DNA of 64,000 nucleotides from Dickeya zeae NCPPB 2538 (GTDB lineage Bacteria; Pseudomonadota; Gammaproteobacteria; Enterobacterales; Enterobacteriaceae): NCBI RefSeq assembly GCF_000406165.1, contig NZ_CM001977.1, positions 1 to 64,000 of the forward strand, read 5' to 3'. Shown piece by piece: positions 54,440 to 64,000 of this stretch (position 1 is its first letter; each line of letters starts with the position of its first letter). The notes under the pieces were generated by a model. It saw only the letters and a program-made list of their open reading frames with translations, ran no database searches and was not told where the DNA came from. The position numbers and the translations under genes were made by a program.

Positions 54440-54823
54440 AATTTGTCAATAAAGGGTGAAGCACAGGTAAACCGACACCTTAGCGCGTGCCTCGGGGTGG
54501 TGCAATCATGGTGGAAATATCATCACCCTGTTTTTATCCATATATTTTTGTTATGGCAGTGCATTCATCTGCTGAATCTGTTTTCTGCTTCAGCCTACTC
54601 ACACCGGTTGGACACTAAATGCTGAACACGCGTCAGCTTTTAGCTGATCATGATCTCGTTTTTCATGCAATTTAATTAGGTATTCTTAATTAAAGTGTGA
54701 TTTATTTTGCAAATATGTTGTGAAAAAAGAGCAGTTAATCATCTGGTGATAGCAATCACATTCTCCTGCCAGCTGGATTTGTAGTCTTTTAGCTCTACGG
54801 GCTTAATCAATTCAGCTAAAAGG

Positions 54824-56041
54824 ATGTATGGAATGAAAAATGTACTGGCAATGAGTATCGCTTTGGCACTGGTTTCCTGGCAGGCATCGGCCCAAACCTT
54901 TGTGCTGACAGACGTTGAAAGCAGCACGGAAAAGGGAAACTGGCAGATCAGCAGCGATGCGCTGAAGATTAAGGATCAACACTTCAGCATCGAGCAAAAG
55001 GTACTGCATGGCGGACGTCAGGAAGGCAGCAAGATTCTGACTATCACCAGCCCCAACGGGCTGCAAATTACCCTGAGTCCGACCCGCGGCATGGATTTAC
55101 TGCATGTCACCGGCAAAAATATCCGGCTGGGCTGGGATTCTCCGGTGGATGAAGTGGTCAACCCGAATACGATCACCCTGGAAAGCCGCAATGGACTGGG
55201 CTGGCTGGAAGGTTTCAATGAGATGATGGTGCGCTGCGGCTATGAGTGGACCGGACATCCGGTCACCAGTGACGGCATGATTTACACCCTGCACGGCCGT
55301 GCCGGTAATACACCCGCATCGAAAGTGCTGGTGGATGTGAGCGACAAAGCGCCTTACACCATCACGGTGCGTGGCTTGCTCAAGGAAAACAGCTTTAAGA
55401 AATCCAACCTCGAAACCTGGACTGAACTGCGTTACGTGCCGGGGAGCGAGTCGTTTACCATTCATGACGTGCTGACCAATAAGTCAGATTACGCGCGTGA
55501 TTACCAGATTATCTATCACAGCAATTTCGGTACCCCGATTCTGGAAGAAGGGGCACGTTTCCTGGCACCCGTGAAAGAGATTTCGCCGTTTAATGACTAC
55601 GCCAAGGCCGGTCTGAAAAGCTGGCAGACGTATAAAGGCCCGACTAAAGGCTTCGACGAAATGGTGTTCAACATGACGCCTTATGCGGATAAAGAGGGCA
55701 AAACACTGGCCGCACTGGTCAATCGTGCAGGTGATAAAGGGGTGTCCATCGCGTTTGATACCCATCAGTTGCCGTTGCTGACGATGTGGAAAAACACTGA
55801 CACCCTGAAACAAGGCTATGTCACCGGTATCGAGCCCGGCACCAGCTATGCGTATCCGGTCACGATTGAACGCCAGCAAGGGCGGGTGAAGAAACTGCAA
55901 CCCGGCCAAAGCACCACCTTCGAGCTGACTTACAGCTTGTTGAGCAGCCCGGCGGCAGTACAACAAACCGAACAGAAAGTGAAAGCCATTCAGGGCGACC
56001 GCACCACAACCTTGACGGAGAAACCGATCGCGGTGGAGTAA
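54824..56041 (+). CDS. Secreted hypothetical protein (mutarotase-like / DUF4432-like fold suspected)
   Basis: The 405-aa translation has a signal peptide (MKNVLAMSIALALVSWQASA). No catalytic motifs were recognised. An alternative ATG lies at 54833. Confidence 0.65.
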   Translation: MYGMKNVLAMSIALALVSWQASAQTFVLTDVESSTEKGNWQISSDALKIKDQHFSIEQKVLHGGRQEGSKILTITSPNGLQITLSPTRGMDLLHVTGKNIRLGWDSPVDEVVNPNTITLESRNGLGWLEGFNEMMVRCGYEWTGHPVTSDGMIYTLHGRAGNTPASKVLVDVSDKAPYTITVRGLLKENSFKKSNLETWTELRYVPGSESFTIHDVLTNKSDYARDYQIIYHSNFGTPILEEGARFLAPVKEISPFNDYAKAGLKSWQTYKGPTKGFDEMVFNMTPYADKEGKTLAALVNRAGDKGVSIAFDTHQLPLLTMWKNTDTLKQGYVTGIEPGTSYAYPVTIERQQGRVKKLQPGQSTTFELTYSLLSSPAAVQQTEQKVKAIQGDRTTTLTEKPIAVE

Positions 56042-56065
56042 TCACATCGCTCTTCGTGTGAAAAT

Positions 56066-56091
56066 CCTCCTTCCCGACGTCGGGAAGGAGG
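56066..56091. terminator. Perfect 26-nt palindrome CCTCCTTCCCGAC/GTCGGGAAGGAGG between convergent genes; a likely bidirectional terminator
   Basis: Seen directly. A second hairpin, GTGCTGAA-ctac-TTCAGCAC at 56106-56125, overlaps the ghrB stop. Confidence 0.5.
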
Positions 56092-56113
56092 GCTCCTCAA
56101 TCGGCGTGCTGAA

Positions 56114-57076
56114 CTACTTCAGCACGTCCGGATTGACGCAGTTCTCTTTAACGTCGCCACTGAGCGCGGCGATCAGGTTATCTACCGCGCAGGCCGCCAT
56201 GTTGTAGCGGGTTTCATGGGTGGCGGAGCCGATGTGCGGCAGTGCCACCACATTAGGCAGCTTCAGCAGCGGTGAGTCTACCGATAGCGGTTCTTTCTCG
56301 AACACATCCAGACCAGCGGCGTGCAGGGTGCCATCGGTCAGTGCCTCAATCAGCGCCTGTTCATCCACCACCGGGCCGCGGCCAATGTTGATCAGAATGG
56401 CGCTGGATTTCATTTTCGCCAGTTGTGCCTTGCCAATCACATGGTGGGTTTCCGGCGTCAGCGGCAGGGTAATACACAGAAAATCAGATTCCGCCAGCAG
56501 GGTGTCGAGGTCGCAGTGACGGGCGTTGAAGCGGGTTTCTGCCGCATCATGACGGCGACGGGCGTTATAGAGCACCGGCATGCTAAAACCGAAGTGCGCC
56601 CGCTGAGCTACCGCCAGACCGATACGCCCCATGCCCAGAATACCAATGGTTTTATGGTGAACATCAATACCGTACCAATCTTCACCGATGTTGCGTGTCC
56701 ATTCCCCGGCTTTCACGCGCTCGGCGGATTCCAACGCCCGGCGAGCCGTCATTAGCATCAAGGTCATGACGGTATCTGCCACCGTTTCTGTCAGGACGGT
56801 CGGCGTATGCATCAGCAACGCTTTTTTGTCATTTAACGCAGCAACGTCAATGTTGTCGTAACCCACTGACACGGTAGACACCGCCCGTAGTTTTGGCAGG
56901 TGGGACAGGTATTCCCGGCTGACGGTGTGCCCAGCGCCAATCAACCCTTCAGCACGCGCCAGTAACGGGTGGTCGATGGGAGGCAGGCCATCAAAAACCG
57001 AAACGCTAGCGTGTTGCTCCAGTTTTTGGCGTAAATCGTCAGGGATCTTTTTGTAGAGGATGACTTCAGGTTTCAT
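56114..57076 (-). CDS. ghrB: Glyoxylate/hydroxypyruvate reductase B (D-isomer-specific 2-hydroxyacid dehydrogenase)
   Basis: The 320-aa translation carries the NAD-binding GxGxxG motif ([12 protein letters not shown]) and is collinear with E. coli GhrB/TkrA. Confidence 0.9.
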   Translation of the reverse strand: MKPEVILYKKIPDDLRQKLEQHASVSVFDGLPPIDHPLLARAEGLIGAGHTVSREYLSHLPKLRAVSTVSVGYDNIDVAALNDKKALLMHTPTVLTETVADTVMTLMLMTARRALESAERVKAGEWTRNIGEDWYGIDVHHKTIGILGMGRIGLAVAQRAHFGFSMPVLYNARRRHDAAETRFNARHCDLDTLLAESDFLCITLPLTPETHHVIGKAQLAKMKSSAILINIGRGPVVDEQALIEALTDGTLHAAGLDVFEKEPLSVDSPLLKLPNVVALPHIGSATHETRYNMAACAVDNLIAALSGDVKENCVNPDVLK

Positions 57077-57575
57077 CAGTTCACTCCGGCTGATTGAGGC
57101 GATTGTCTGACTAAAACGACAGTTACTTTTGAACGCAGGTCAGCCTGTTAGCTTCGCATATCAAGGGCAGGCCTTTGCCGTACTCATGCCTAAAAACGTT
57201 TGGGCGATTTAATGAAATATCATGATAAACAATCGGATGGTACTTGTTATTTCTTCCCGGAGGCACACGACCTGCTGCAGGCATGATGGAGGACAGGGTG
57301 GGAGACTGCAAGTCAGGCGGCGCGCCCTCTGATGGGTCAGAAGGCGCGCTCCCGCTAAAACCCTGGTATTGGCTGAAATCAGCAGCATGGCAATTCAATT
57401 GCATTGCAAACAAAGATGAAAGGATTGGCAGTCACCCATGCTTGCGGCATGAATGATATGTTATAAAGTATCATTTTGTGAGGGTAATGCAACTGTACAA
57501 TAATGCAGCGACACCAAATGCGGCTATAGCGGGTGTGTTTCTATCGGGGCGGTTTCCCGGTGGCCTGAAACGTGG

Positions 57576-58052
57576 TCAGGGTGTGACGGCGGCGAGCAAC
57601 GCCTGATCCTGCCAGTGCATAACCAGCAAGTGTGACTGGGTTTCATGCTGATAACTTTCCTGCACGGTCGTAAACCCTTGTTTGCGATAAAAGGCGCAGG
57701 CACGGTGGTTCTGCTGATACACCTCCAGACTGAGCACCGGGAAGCGATGCTGAATATGCTGCATCAGCGCCGCGCCCACGCCCTGACCATACAGGCTGTG
57801 GTGAACAAAGAGCGCGCCGACAAAGCGCTGATCCATCACGCTGATAAAACCGCCGATGCCCTGAGCATGCTCATAAATCCAGGTTTGTGAGTGGGGGATA
57901 TAATGCCCGCGAACCAGTTCTTCACTTTCCTGCCAATAGTGCGCCGAGATAAACGGGTGCGCCAGCGTGGTACTTTCCCGCCATAGTGCGACCAGCGCGT
58001 CCAGGTCTTGTGGCCGATAAGGTCGAATCACAACGCCTCCGGATGACAGCAA
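57576..58052 (-). CDS. GNAT-family N-acetyltransferase (YiaC-like), overlapping tag
   Basis: The 158-aa translation has a GNAT core (LFVHHSLYGQGVGAALMQH). It overlaps the 5' end of tag by 25 nt, as do E. coli tag and yiaC. Confidence 0.8.
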   Translation of the reverse strand: MLSSGGVVIRPYRPQDLDALVALWRESTTLAHPFISAHYWQESEELVRGHYIPHSQTWIYEHAQGIGGFISVMDQRFVGALFVHHSLYGQGVGAALMQHIQHRFPVLSLEVYQQNHRACAFYRKQGFTTVQESYQHETQSHLLVMHWQDQALLAAVTP

Positions 58053-58588
58053 CAGTCGGTGGTATGGTCGTTTACCAGCCCGGCAGCCTGCATAAAGGCG
58101 TAGCAGATGGTGGAGCCGATGAATGTGAAGCCGCGTTTTTTCAACGCTTTCGACATGGCATCCGACACGGCGGTTTTTGCCGGTACATCAGCCAGCGATG
58201 TCGGGTTATTGACGAGCGGCTGATGGTTAACGAAGGACCAGATAAACGTCGCAAAGTCGTCCCCTTGCTGCTGCATCGCCAGCCAGGCGCGGGCATTGCG
58301 GATAATGGCTTCAATTTTTCCGCGATGGCGGATGATGCCTGGGTCCAGTACCAGCCGGTTCACGTCGTCATCGGTCATGGCCGCTACCCGGTGCGGATCA
58401 AATCCGTGGAAACAACGGCGGTAGTGCTCGCGTTTTTTGAGCACGGTTATCCACGACAACCCGGCTTGCTGGCCTTCCAGACACAGCAGTTCAAACAGCG
58501 TGCGGCTATCAGTACAGGGTTTTCCCCACTCGTTATCGTGATAATCCTGATACAGCGTATCCTGCGTGACCCAGCCACAGCGTGCCAT
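58028..58588 (-). CDS. tag: DNA-3-methyladenine glycosylase I
   Basis: The 186-aa translation is collinear with E. coli Tag (YHDNEWGKP ... GLSWITVLKKRE ... FIGSTICYAFMQAAGLVNDH). Confidence 0.93.
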   Translation of the reverse strand: MARCGWVTQDTLYQDYHDNEWGKPCTDSRTLFELLCLEGQQAGLSWITVLKKREHYRRCFHGFDPHRVAAMTDDDVNRLVLDPGIIRHRGKIEAIIRNARAWLAMQQQGDDFATFIWSFVNHQPLVNNPTSLADVPAKTAVSDAMSKALKKRGFTFIGSTICYAFMQAAGLVNDHTTDCCCHPEAL

Positions 58589-58838
58589 CCTCTTCTCCTT
58601 AACTCCCAGTGGTTATTCGCCGACGATTGCTATTTAGCGGCATTGTTATTCACCCGCGTTGTTGGTATTGATGATGGCCGATTTCGGCGCACCAACCGCG
58701 TGGTGTGGCGATCATCAGCCTAAGCGTGATGTGATGCAACCCTGACCTGACAGGGCAATATGTGACATGGCGCTGGAATCACACCAAAAAAACGACAAGT
58801 GTAAAACGACAATACCGTGTAAGCGACAGGGGATGAGA

Positions 58839-59645
58839 ATGGAGATTGAGTGGATGCTGGCCTATCTGGCGCTGGGAGCCGTGGTGGGATTTATGGCCGG
58901 ATTACTGGGGATAGGCGGTGGCGGCATCATGGTGCCGGTGCTGACAGCGTTGTTCGCCGCACAAGGTGTGGAGAAAACGCATTTGGTGCATCTGGCGTTG
59001 GGAACCTCGATGGCGGCGATTGTGATCACCGCTATCTCCAGCCTGCGCACCCACCATCAACATCAGGCGGTGATATGGCCGGTGGTATGGCGCATCACAC
59101 CCGCGATTTTACTGGGAACCTTCGCCGCTACCTGGCTGGCGGCGTTGTTGCCGACCCGGGCGCTGGCAATCTTCTTTTCCTGTTTTATGGCGTATGTCTC
59201 GCTGCAAATGGTGTTGAACATCAAGCCAAAACCTCACCGTCAGTTACCGGGCATGACAGGCATGTCGCTGGCCGGGCTGACTATCGGCGGTATTTCTGCA
59301 CTGGTCGCCATTGGCGGTGGTTCGCTCACTGTGCCGTTTCTGACCTGGTGTAATGTACGCATCCAGCAGGCCATCGGCACCTCGGCCGCGGTGGGGTTGC
59401 CGATCGCGCTCTCTGGCGCGCTGGGCTACATGATTAACGGCTGGTCGGCGACCGGCTTGCCCGCGTTCAGCGTGGGTTATGTTTCGTTACCGGCGGTAGC
59501 GCTGATCTCGGCGGTCAGCTTCTTCACCGCGCCGGTGGGCGCGCGTTTAGCGCATCGCTTGCCGGTCGCGACGCTAAAGAAAGCGTTTGCCGGGCTGCTG
59601 CTGCTGTTGAGCCTGAAAATGCTGCATACCGTGTTTACCGGTTGA
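58839..59645 (+). CDS. TauE/SafE-family (sulfite-exporter-like) membrane protein
   Basis: The translation is hydrophobic with paired GxGGG motifs (LLGIGGGGIMVP, VAIGGGSLTVP). The ATG at 58839 is preferred over the track start at 58767. Confidence 0.78.
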   Translation: MEIEWMLAYLALGAVVGFMAGLLGIGGGGIMVPVLTALFAAQGVEKTHLVHLALGTSMAAIVITAISSLRTHHQHQAVIWPVVWRITPAILLGTFAATWLAALLPTRALAIFFSCFMAYVSLQMVLNIKPKPHRQLPGMTGMSLAGLTIGGISALVAIGGGSLTVPFLTWCNVRIQQAIGTSAAVGLPIALSGALGYMINGWSATGLPAFSVGYVSLPAVALISAVSFFTAPVGARLAHRLPVATLKKAFAGLLLLLSLKMLHTVFTG

Positions 59646-59812
59646 TCGTTACCCGAAACGGGAAGGAAAAGGCGGCGATGGCGATAATGCTATGTCACTG
59701 AAAATGTCGCTGTCACAGAAGTTGTTGCCGCATTCTGGCTGTATATCTTGCACTCAGAGGGTATACTGGCGGCTTCATTGTAAAAACCACTTGTATCGCG
59801 TGCGAATCCAAC

Positions 59813-60727
59813 ATGCAAAAGTTTGATACCAAGACCTTTCAGGGCCTGATCCTGACATTACAGGATTACTGGTCGCGTCAGGGCTGCACCATTGTCCAAC
59901 CGTTGGACATGGAAGTCGGTGCCGGCACTTCTCACCCTATGACCTGCCTGCGTGCGCTTGGCCCAGAGCCTATCGCCGCCGCTTATGTGCAGCCGTCCCG
60001 CCGTCCTACCGACGGCCGCTACGGTGAGAACCCCAACCGCCTGCAACACTACTACCAGTTTCAGGTGATCATTAAGCCGTCGCCGGACAACATTCAGGAA
60101 CTGTACCTCGGTTCGCTGAAAGAACTGGGCATGGACCCGACCATCCACGACATCCGTTTCGTGGAAGATAACTGGGAAAACCCGACGCTGGGTGCCTGGG
60201 GTCTGGGCTGGGAAGTGTGGCTGAACGGGATGGAAGTGACCCAGTTCACCTATTTCCAGCAGGTCGGTGGTCTGGAGTGCAAACCGGTAACCGGCGAGAT
60301 TACTTACGGCCTGGAACGTCTGGCGATGTACATTCAGGGCGTGGACAGCGTCTACGATCTGGTGTGGAGCGATGGCCCGCTGGGTAAAACCACCTACGGC
60401 GACGTGTTCCATCAAAACGAAGTGGAGCAATCGACTTATAACTTCGAATACGCCGATGTGGATTTCCTGTTTACCTGCTTCGAGCAGTATGAAAAAGAAG
60501 CCCAGCAGTTGCTGGCGCTGGAAAAACCGCTGCCGCTGCCTGCTTACGAGCGCATTCTGAAAGCCGCCCACAGCTTCAACCTGCTGGACGCGCGCAAAGC
60601 CATTTCCGTGACCGAACGTCAGCGCTACATCCTGCGGATCCGTACCCTGACCAAAGCGGTAGCGGAAGCCTATTATGCCTCTCGTGAGGCACTGGGCTTC
60701 CCGATGTGCAATCGTAAACAGAGCTGA
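59813..60727 (+). CDS. glyQ: Glycine--tRNA ligase alpha subunit
   Basis: The 304-aa translation is collinear with E. coli GlyQ. Confidence 0.96.
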   Translation: MQKFDTKTFQGLILTLQDYWSRQGCTIVQPLDMEVGAGTSHPMTCLRALGPEPIAAAYVQPSRRPTDGRYGENPNRLQHYYQFQVIIKPSPDNIQELYLGSLKELGMDPTIHDIRFVEDNWENPTLGAWGLGWEVWLNGMEVTQFTYFQQVGGLECKPVTGEITYGLERLAMYIQGVDSVYDLVWSDGPLGKTTYGDVFHQNEVEQSTYNFEYADVDFLFTCFEQYEKEAQQLLALEKPLPLPAYERILKAAHSFNLLDARKAISVTERQRYILRIRTLTKAVAEAYYASREALGFPMCNRKQS

Positions 60728-60736
60728 GAGGCAGCG

Positions 60737-62806
60737 ATGACAGATAAGACATTTTTGGTGGAAATCGGCACCGAAGAGCTGCCACCGAAGGCTTTGCGTA
60801 CCCTGGCGGAATCTTTTGCCGCCAATTTTACCGCTGAACTGGACGCCGCCGGGCTGGGTTACCAGTCGGTCGATTGGTTCGCGGCCCCGCGCCGTCTGGC
60901 ACTGAAAGTGGCCGGTTTAAGCGCGTCCCAGCCGGACAGGGAAGTAGAAAAACGTGGTCCAGCCATCGCGCAGGCGTTTGACGCCTCCGGCAACCCGACC
61001 AAAGCCGCAGAAGGCTGGGCACGCGGTTGCGGCATCACCGTCGAGCAGGCCGAGCGCCTGACCACCGACAAAGGCGAGTGGCTGTTATTCCGCGCACACG
61101 TGAAGGGCGAAGCGGCACAAACGCTGCTGCCGGGCATGGTCAGCACCGCGCTGGCGAAGTTGCCTATTCCGAAACTGATGCGCTGGGGCGATAACGACAC
61201 CCAGTTTGTGCGTCCGGTGCATACCGTGACCCTGTTGCTGGGTGATGAACTGATCCCCGGTACTGTGCTGGGTATTGATTCCGGGCGTACCCTTCGCGGT
61301 CACCGCTTTATGGGTGAGCCAGAATTCACGATTGATAACGCTGATCAGTACCCGCAGATTTTGCAGGAACGTGGCAAGGTCATCGCCGATTACGACGCGC
61401 GTAAAGCCAAAATCAAGGCTGATGCCGAAGAAGCGGCGCGTAAGATTGGCGGCAATGCTGATCTGAGCGACAGCCTGCTGGAAGAAGTTACCTCGCTGGT
61501 GGAATGGCCGGTGGTCCTGACGGCGAAATTTGAAGAGAAATTCCTGGCGGTACCGGCGGAAGCGCTGGTGTACACCATGAAAGGCGACCAGAAATACTTC
61601 CCGGTTTACGACAACGACGGCAAGCTGCTGCCGAATTTCATTTTTGTCGCCAATATTGAATCGAAAGATCCGCAGCAGATTATCGCCGGTAACGAGAAGG
61701 TGGTACGTCCGCGTCTGGCTGACGCCGAGTTCTTCTTCAATACCGACCGTAAAAAGCGCCTTGAAGATCACCTGCCGCGTCTGGAAACCGTGCTGTTCCA
61801 GCAACAGCTGGGCACGCTGCGCGACAAGACTGACCGTATCGCGGCATTAACCGGCTGGGTGGCTGAGCAGATCGGTGCCGATGTCAATCACGCCAAACGT
61901 GCGGGTCTGCTGTCTAAATGCGACCTGATGACTAACATGGTGTTTGAGTTCACCGATACTCAGGGTGTGATGGGGATGCACTACGCCCGTCACGACGGTG
62001 AAGCTGAAGATGTGGCCGTCGCGCTAAACGAACAGTACCAGCCGCGTTTTGCTGGCGATGAACTGCCGTCCTCACTGGTCGCTTGCGCGCTGGCGATTGC
62101 CGATAAAATGGATACCCTGGCGGGTATTTTCGGTATCGGTCAGCACCCGAAAGGCGATAAAGATCCGTTTGCACTGCGCCGTGCCGCATTGGGTGTGTTG
62201 CGCATCATCGTGGAAAAACGCCTGCCGCTGGACTTGCAAACCCTGACCGAAGAAGCGGCGCGTTTGTATGGCGACAAGCTGACTAACGCCAACGTGGTCG
62301 ACGATGTGATTGAATTCATGCTGGGCCGCTTCCGTGCCTGGTATCAGGAGGAAGGTCACAGTGTTGACACCATTCAGGCGGTGCTGGCGCGTCGTCCGAC
62401 CCGCCCGGCGGATTTCGATGCCCGTGTGAAAGCGGTGAGTCATTTCCGCACACTGGAGCAAGCCGAAGCGCTGGCGGCAGCCAACAAGCGTGTCTCCAAC
62501 ATTTTGGCGAAGTCTACCGAAACGCTGAACGGCAGCGTGCAGGCGGCGTTGCTCAAAGAGAAGGAAGAAATTCAGCTGGCGACCTATGTTACCGCGCTGA
62601 CCAGCAAGTTGGCGCCGTGGTTTGCCGAAGGGCGTTATCAGGAAGCGCTGGCGGAACTGGCGCAGTTGCGTGAATCAGTCGATAACTTCTTCGATAAGGT
62701 GATGGTCAACGCTGATGACGCGCAGGTGCGTATCAACCGCCTGACGCTGCTCAACGAACTGCGTAACCTGTTCCTGAAAGTAGCGGATATTTCGGTGTTG
62801 CAGTAA
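60737..62806 (+). CDS. glyS: Glycine--tRNA ligase beta subunit
   Basis: The 689-aa translation is collinear with E. coli GlyS. It starts 9 nt after the glyQ stop. Confidence 0.96.
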   Translation: MTDKTFLVEIGTEELPPKALRTLAESFAANFTAELDAAGLGYQSVDWFAAPRRLALKVAGLSASQPDREVEKRGPAIAQAFDASGNPTKAAEGWARGCGITVEQAERLTTDKGEWLLFRAHVKGEAAQTLLPGMVSTALAKLPIPKLMRWGDNDTQFVRPVHTVTLLLGDELIPGTVLGIDSGRTLRGHRFMGEPEFTIDNADQYPQILQERGKVIADYDARKAKIKADAEEAARKIGGNADLSDSLLEEVTSLVEWPVVLTAKFEEKFLAVPAEALVYTMKGDQKYFPVYDNDGKLLPNFIFVANIESKDPQQIIAGNEKVVRPRLADAEFFFNTDRKKRLEDHLPRLETVLFQQQLGTLRDKTDRIAALTGWVAEQIGADVNHAKRAGLLSKCDLMTNMVFEFTDTQGVMGMHYARHDGEAEDVAVALNEQYQPRFAGDELPSSLVACALAIADKMDTLAGIFGIGQHPKGDKDPFALRRAALGVLRIIVEKRLPLDLQTLTEEAARLYGDKLTNANVVDDVIEFMLGRFRAWYQEEGHSVDTIQAVLARRPTRPADFDARVKAVSHFRTLEQAEALAAANKRVSNILAKSTETLNGSVQAALLKEKEEIQLATYVTALTSKLAPWFAEGRYQEALAELAQLRESVDNFFDKVMVNADDAQVRINRLTLLNELRNLFLKVADISVLQ

Positions 62807-62843
62807 ACACCGGGATAATCAGCGCAGAGCGCGCTGTGTATGC

Positions 62844-62872
62844 AAAAGCCTCCTCTGTGGAGGCTTTTTTGT
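62844..62872. terminator. Rho-independent terminator (AAAAGCCTCC-tctgt-GGAGGCTTTTTT), usable in both directions
   Basis: Seen directly between glyS (+) and the convergent minus-strand gene. Confidence 0.65.
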
Positions 62873-62884
62873 CATTGGGAATTG

Positions 62885-63880
62885 CTAAACTGGGCTGATG
62901 TTATCTGATATTTCCTGAATAACTTTTTCTACCCATGAACAAAGTGTGTACTGATGGTAGACAGGTTCCGGTACGGGTTGGTAAGGGGTATGGATAAAAC
63001 CTTGTGGAAGGTATCCATCTTGATCCAGAACACATATATTCTGTGGATTATAAAAATCATAACTGGTGATATGCGAATTCGTCGTAATCAACTTACGCTG
63101 ATAAGCCATCGATTCATAGGCACGGAATGAGAGTCCTGTCTGTTGGCCTTGTAGAATATCCAGAATTGCGCGGGAGTTACTAATCTCATGGGCTAGTTCA
63201 GCACCCAGCAGTAATTTTTCTGAGGTCTTTATTCTGTTGTCTTTTATATATTCTGGCTTTCCTGATTCCCCAATATAAAAAATAACATTGGATTTAAGGC
63301 AGGGGTTTTTATCAAGAAAATTGGCGACTTGCTGGTATCTCTCCGGCGTGAAACTCATAATAGAGAAAATATCATACTCACACGCCTGATAAGGTATCGT
63401 GCTTTTCCAGGAAGGATCAATATAATTGGTGATTTTGGTGAAGTGAAATTGCTCACAATCTTCACTATCGAAACTGAGTATGTGATCGAATTGATTCAGA
63501 TGCAATCCATTGGCAGGGGCTTTTTTCAAGCCATCCCACAATGTGGCGACGAGCTTTCTACCATGCTGACGCAATATTGACAGGTGCTGCTCATTGAACA
63601 AGTTAGGTTCCGTCATAATAATGGCATCGAATGGCTCCCTGCCAATAAAGAAATTGTGTAAGCCCAGTTTTATTTGATTATCAATAACAAGGTTTTTGTA
63701 ATTTTTACCGGTTATCGTTTCGTAGGTTTTCGCAATGGATTTATGGTGTGAATCAAAATAGCTAAATGTTGATAGATCAGAATGATCAATATGGATAACG
63801 TCGTGCCCCTGGCGTTTCATCTCTGTCACGATTGGTGTGGCTAAATTAGCCCAATCCGGGCAAATAAATAACAAACGCAT
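62885..63880 (-). CDS. Hypothetical protein (331 aa) from a visibly AT-rich gene; possibly a Rossmann-like or glycosyltransferase-like N-terminus
   Basis: It is a long ORF with coding-like composition (MRLLFICPDWANLATPIVTEMKRQGHDVIHI...). No motifs were recognised. Its base composition contrasts with the neighbouring glyS. Confidence 0.55.
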   Translation of the reverse strand: MRLLFICPDWANLATPIVTEMKRQGHDVIHIDHSDLSTFSYFDSHHKSIAKTYETITGKNYKNLVIDNQIKLGLHNFFIGREPFDAIIMTEPNLFNEQHLSILRQHGRKLVATLWDGLKKAPANGLHLNQFDHILSFDSEDCEQFHFTKITNYIDPSWKSTIPYQACEYDIFSIMSFTPERYQQVANFLDKNPCLKSNVIFYIGESGKPEYIKDNRIKTSEKLLLGAELAHEISNSRAILDILQGQQTGLSFRAYESMAYQRKLITTNSHITSYDFYNPQNICVLDQDGYLPQGFIHTPYQPVPEPVYHQYTLCSWVEKVIQEISDNISPV

Positions 63881-64000
63881 AATGCCGTTATCCTCGGGGT
63901 AATTATTTATGGCTCGAGCTGGGGCTCAAACGTTGGAAAATATAGCATTAAATATTGGTCTGTGTCCCGCGATTATGTCGGTTTCTGGTCGCCTCTTGTC

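Noticed and set aside
59858-60571. 237-aa ORF antisense to glyQ, and the similar 61085..61804 ORF antisense to glyS
   Set aside because: Both are reverse-frame ORFs inside highly conserved aminoacyl-tRNA synthetase genes.

Overview
This 64 kb window is from an enterobacterial-type chromosome. The gene content and order suggest Enterobacterales, possibly a Pectobacteriaceae-like genome; that is an inference, not a search result. It starts in the dnaA promoter region and runs through dnaA-dnaN-recF-gyrB to glyQ-glyS. Recognisable core genes (rsmJ-prlC, rlmJ, gor, glk, avtA, ghrB, tag, yiaC-like) are interspersed with several accessory modules. (1) An RNA processing and repair neighbourhood sits between rlmJ and gor: RNase BN is apparently co-transcribed with the sigma54 regulator rtcR, and a divergent sigma54-type promoter drives an atypical soluble SPFH protein, rtcB and a Pol-beta-type nucleotidyltransferase; no rtcA is present. 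(2) A visibly AT-rich islet lies just downstream of the gor terminator. It carries a PD-(D/E)xK-like ORF and an AbiJ/Abi_C-like HEPN (Rx4-6H) ORF, a candidate two-gene defence or abortive-infection system. A decayed ORF and a hairpin cluster follow it. (3) A candidate small-molecule biosynthetic cluster comprises a KamA-family radical-SAM aminomutase, an L-amino-acid-ligase-like ATP-grasp enzyme, a small Fe/2OG-dioxygenase-like protein and an MFS exporter. A divergent class V aminotransferase, an Lrp/AsnC regulator and a long AT-rich leader flank it. (4) An oxalate catabolic locus (oxlT-oxc-frc-PAS-frc paralog) has a divergent LysR gene. (5) A peptide-type ABC importer is in an operon with an LLM flavin oxidoreductase and a CMD/AhpD-like protein whose N-terminus contains an 18-bp tandem duplication. 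No rRNA, tRNA, CRISPR array, transposase or integrase was recognised. Many long antisense ORFs in the six-frame track are artefacts of GC-rich coding DNA.
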